Source: a virus
Lineage: Duplodnaviria > Caudoviricetes
Strand: one strand, 5' to 3'
IMG/VR virus record: IMGVR_UViG_3300040815_002799
Span: 1-60,030 of that record
DNA length: 60,030 nt
In this document: in pieces, positions 57,401 to 60,030 of the stretch
Numbering within the stretch: the first letter of the stretch is position 1
Layout of the letters: every line of letters begins with the position of its first letter
Translations under genes and position numbers: made by a program
The notes under the pieces: generated by a model
Databases searched by the model: none
What the model was told of the DNA's origin: nothing
What the model saw: only the letters and a program-made list of their open reading frames with translations

Positions 57401-60030
57401 TAATACGTTTACACTAACGCCCAACGCATCACCTAATTTAACACCAACATCGACACCAACTCAAACAAATACTGTCACTCCTAGTCCGACCAGTAATCTA
57501 ACATCAGTTCAGGTTGCTAGTTGTTGCTTTGACAATACCTTAGATGTTTTGATTCCAAACGATCTACAACCACCAAGTGGTTATACTTCAATAATTGGTA
57601 CAACTATTAGGGTTGCAGGTGAATGTATGACTATTATTAATATAGGTGGTAACGGTGAATCATTTGCTGATATTGATGTTTCAGGTAATACACTAATATA
57701 TGATAATTGCGCTTCTTGTACTAGTGTAAATTTATGCCCAACTCCAACCCCGACTCAGTCACCGTCCGTAACACCAAGTCTGACAGCCTCTATTTCAAGT
57801 ACTCCTGTTACGACACCGACTTATACACCAACTCATACTTCAACACCAACTTACACACCAACATTATCATATTCTAATTTTAATATTTATAAGTGTAACA
57901 CAGGTGAAATTATCATCGTTTCATTACCGCAGAATACACAAGTTGCTGAAATTGTATTAGTAAATAATCAGTGTTATATTGTACTTGGATTATCAATAAG
58001 TGGTGGAACAGTAGATATTGGGTCACGTACATCTTTCACAACTTGTCAACAGTGTAATAATTCATACCCTGATGTCACACCTACTCCATTCGTTACATCT
58101 ACGCCTACTAAAACTACTACACCAACACTTACATATACTAGAACCAGTACACCTACAATCCCAGGACCCACTAAACTTGTATATGCTGTTAGTTCAGGAT
58201 GTACTAATTCCGGTACAGGGTTCCAATTCCTAGCTACAAATATTAATCCAGAAGTTGGTCAGGTGGGATCTTTCGATGGACTTTGTTGGGTGTTAGAATT
58301 TATATATCCTGAAGATTATCCATATGAACTTCAGGATCCAATAGGTGATATTTTCTTCCAGTATACTGGTATATCAGAATGTCAGGTAGAAAATCCGTGT
58401 CCTTCTCCTACACCAACAAAAACAGTGACATCCACCGTTACAAATACACCTACTAATACACCTACCAATACTTTAACACAAACATTTACATCAACTAATA
58501 CAAATACACCTACAAATACGCCTACAGAGTCGTATGTGGAAATGACCTTTATTTCATGTTCTGGTTGTTCGACAACCGAAGCGAGAATATTAAATGGATT
58601 AAAATCTTACAATGTTGGTGATGTAGTATCGTTTAGTGGTGGTTGTTATACGATAGAGGAAAAAAAATCATCAAGAAATAATCTTTATCCTGACGTCACA
58701 TTATCTGGACATTCAACATGCGCGTCATGTATATCGGTGAACCCATGTTTGACACCTACTCCGACATTTACGCCTACAAATACACCAACACCAACAGTCA
58801 CCAGTAATTTCAAGGTACTCGCAAGAGTGGTGGATTGTTGTAATGAATCGGTAGTGAAATTCTATAATGTAGACACTGGAAATACAGGTAGAACATTCAA
58901 TGATGATTATATTTGTTGGAAAATTATAGAACTCTATGACTTTGATGCTAGTGAAGTCGAAATATTCAATGGAAGTTATTTCGATAATTGTGCACAATGC
59001 ACAACCGTTCACAGTATTTGTCCATCTCAGACCCCTACATATACCCCAACTCAGACCTCTACCCCAACAAACACACCAACAAATACTGTAACATATACTA
59101 ATACAGTAACTAAAACAACGACATCGACAAACACTCCAACAAATACATCTACAGTCACACCGAGTGTAACACCATCAGTATCATTGACCGGTGGAACAAC
59201 ACCAACACCAACTGAAACGCCCACTAACACTGTTACTTACACTTCATCATTGACAAATACCCCGACACCAACTAAAACTATATATGCCACACAATCACCT
59301 ACATTAACTAAAACACCGACTACGACAATTGATATTACCCCTACAAATACAACTACTTCAACTAATACACCTACAAATACTTCAACAACAACAAACACCC
59401 CTACAAATACAACTACTTCAACTAATACACCTACAAATACATTAACAAACACTAGTACCACTACAAACACACCAACACCAACGGTAACTACAAATTATAA
59501 AATATGGATTTTAAGAAGTGTGTGTGATGACTCTATTGTTCCTGCTAACTTACCACCTTCATTTGGTCAGACCCCAGTATTTAATGGAATGCAGGTCAAA
59601 CTATCTGGATATTGTTATACAGTACTTTCCCCACAAGGACCATATAATTCTTTGTTTGGTTTAGCTACATATCCATGTAATACCACTGATAATCCATGTT
59701 TTACACCAACTCCCACACCAGGTCTTTCACCCACACCAACTCAGACAATTACACGTACAAATACAGTCACTCCAAGTGTTACTAGAACAGATACAGTCAC
59801 TCCAACTTACACACCGACATCAACTCTAACACCAACTATCACACCAACTGTTAGTATTACAGCAACGTATACACCTACTAAATCTGTCACCCCAACTACT
59901 GGGACTACTGCTACACCGACCTTGACAAACACACCAACATTAACTCAAACACCAACTTCAACATCAGGGCCGATCGCGAGTACACCAACACCGACTAAAA
60001 CGCAACAAGTTACACCGACAAATACGACAA
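54483..60030 (+). CDS. Giant Cys-module / Thr-Pro repeat protein (>1849 aa, runs off the window; absent from the ORF track)
   Basis: ATG 54483 gives MAQVIIRLTLSSNAIGPFDIHTGST..., paralogous to the N-terminus of 48595. I saw no stop in the stretches translated, and the same frame reads TQQVTPTNTT at the window end; ~14 Cys modules. Confidence 0.9.
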   Translation, partial: MAQVIIRLTLSSNAIGPFDIHTGSTETVPIASNLSRDQLIYGNSVNLDGSEEGTSYTLYIVSKESECGNVISKQIIVYDDEESVRSGDRSPVVTPSPTTLNIEYALYLFNSVCVYDGNVKTKFFNIPTEEDFGDIISFDDECWIKSAGPLDLDYRHPFINSSYSNEKVCLTDFPCSDTYKTVNARKCCDNLAISVFNVPEDIVTGQTFIYQNQCYEIFELISQVSTPGNPRIEQNLFYGSCGECLAIKPCLFVYECTPCCGDQDTFYFNIPIIYLDNPPKSFVYDNKCYKVGKLFAPYEVSVYPIIDYNQVFDDCSKCRRNYPCTDYYIYSAKKCCNNQEASSYFRLYINESEINNTFYFSYENECYYTDQFVSESFSVFPEDIYPEIDTFYTSCNTCLGNFACTPAPTFTNTPTETIPVDFHTIVCSKSCCTFSEDWIILKIDKNLNPEEDKSVLFENECYIIETVINFEVDGSFPIVSQIFDNCDMCSTDNPCPTPTPTFTPTSTTTRKYVYASQCCPSEFTINIVILTDGEVQLGDIVDVEGVCYSVSGLNAPPSGDYYPLSSYSNCEECQLQNPCPTPTPTPAVTQTVTRTVTATRTLTPTQTQTVTASGIVEIDLDFGVDYETGSTIANFSITANTAVTTLTTIQFENILYLNDDSGREEIISGRVDILPGETIGTGRTTSTRDLSLFIPYQVSYENIRSTRGNSLGTVNKYTKVVFPENSPILGFYQFDSCCFNSDPTGPPKTIYASVDAASINGWIQQGYGITYSGVCYFPRSLASPSPSDIYIGTVWGPDNKGCGTPQCLCPTPTPTGTPSVTTTPTHTPTRTVTKTPFVTPTRTITPTKTPPVTQTKTPAVTLTLQANYECWTVFSCCDPTFGNIVSVPADQAEYGKIVTLSGQCYSLQTFASPGQCPNAPQIIEITNFDSCDECISSGNTCNTPTPTKTSTVTPTVTNTQTNTPTVTVTNTMTNTFTLTPNASPNLTPTSTPTQTNTVTPSPTSNLTSVQVASCCFDNTLDVLIPNDLQPPSGYTSIIGTTIRVAGECMTIINIGGNGESFADIDVSGNTLIYDNCASCTSVNLCPTPTPTQSPSVTPSLTASISSTPVTTPTYTPTHTSTPTYTPTLSYSNFNIYKCNTGEIIIVSLPQNTQVAEIVLVNNQCYIVLGLSISGGTVDIGSRTSFTTCQQCNNSYPDVTPTPFVTSTPTKTTTPTLTYTRTSTPTIPGPTKLVYAVSSGCTNSGTGFQFLATNINPEVGQVGSFDGLCWVLEFIYPEDYPYELQDPIGDIFFQYTGISECQVENPCPSPTPTKTVTSTVTNTPTNTPTNTLTQTFTSTNTNTPTNTPTESYVEMTFISCSGCSTTEARILNGLKSYNVGDVVSFSGGCYTIEEKKSSRNNLYPDVTLSGHSTCASCISVNPCLTPTPTFTPTNTPTPTVTSNFKVLARVVDCCNESVVKFYNVDTGNTGRTFNDDYICWKIIELYDFDASEVEIFNGSYFDNCAQCTTVHSICPSQTPTYTPTQTSTPTNTPTNTVTYTNTVTKTTTSTNTPTNTSTVTPSVTPSVSLTGGTTPTPTETPTNTVTYTSSLTNTPTPTKTIYATQSPTLTKTPTTTIDITPTNTTTSTNTPTNTSTTTNTPTNTTTSTNTPTNTLTNTSTTTNTPTPTVTTNYKIWILRSVCDDSIVPANLPPSFGQTPVFNGMQVKLSGYCYTVLSPQGPYNSLFGLATYPCNTTDNPCFTPTPTPGLSPTPTQTITRTNTVTPSVTRTDTVTPTYTPTSTLTPTITPTVSITATYTPTKSVTPTTGTTATPTLTNTPTLTQTPTSTSGPIASTPTPTKTQQVTPTNTT
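59337..59470 (+). repeat. 30-nt-period coding tandem repeat including an exact 44-nt duplication
   Basis: CTACAAATAC at 59341, 59371, 59401, 59431 (CTACAAACAC at 59461); 59337-59380 is identical to 59397-59440. Confidence 0.9.

Noticed and set aside
41938-59470. Minus-strand Val/Gly-rich ORFs in the track (e.g. 42174-42509, 42576-42770, 56807-57040, 57224-57424, 59237-59470)
   Set aside because: Antisense shadows of Thr/Pro codon tracts inside long + strand genes.
1-60030. Stop-codon recoding (none of the 25 gene ends in the window uses TAG)
   Set aside because: ORFs are intact and tightly packed in the standard code with no in-frame TAG read-through needed; TAG is rare in AT-rich genomes and the sample is small.
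31648-60030. Diversity-generating retroelement or CRISPR array behind the repeats
   Set aside because: No reverse transcriptase, no adenine-specific TR/VR pair seen and no spacer-separated identical repeats; the repeats are coding and degenerate.
31648-60030. Eukaryotic, giant-virus or bacterial chromosomal origin of the mucin-like genes
   Set aside because: Contiguous with T4-like baseplate genes, with the same upstream motif and composition, a domain shared with the gp7-like protein, and no introns or signal peptides. Chimerism cannot be fully excluded without reads.
1-60030. tRNA or structured ncRNA genes
   Set aside because: All intergenic gaps are under ~70 nt and contain only terminator hairpins or promoter-like motifs.

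Overview
AT-rich, gene-dense segment with every credible gene on the + strand, read in the standard code. It is best interpreted as part of a large T4-related contractile-tailed phage. A Bacteroidota/Flavobacteria host is inferred from the class Id-type RNR, SprB-like repeats and A-rich starts lacking Shine-Dalgarno sequences. Layout: (1) 1-8.3 kb: baseplate genes (LysM/gp53-like, and a 2149-aa hub protein ending in a degenerate GH73-like domain). (2) 8.4-16.2 kb: a replication/nucleotide block (gp32-like SSB, UvsX, 5'-3' exonuclease, replicative helicase, ATP-cone-fused NrdB, NrdA) bounded by a sigma70-like promoter and a terminator. (3) 16.3-31.6 kb: more baseplate genes (gp25-, gp6-, gp7-like and hypothetical). 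(4) 31.6-60 kb: the most unusual part, a cluster of giant modular proteins (3842, 1574, 1948 and >1849 aa; the last is missing from the ORF track). They are built from about 35 copies of a small 6-Cys module separated by mucin-like Thr/Pro linkers, with vWA and vWA-like domains, SprB-like repeats and three metzincin protease modules. Two small paralogous ORFs in the cluster look like free-standing protease pro-domains with a cysteine switch. A TATTTAT motif precedes most structural transcription units. All domain calls are by eye from motifs; no database searches were run.
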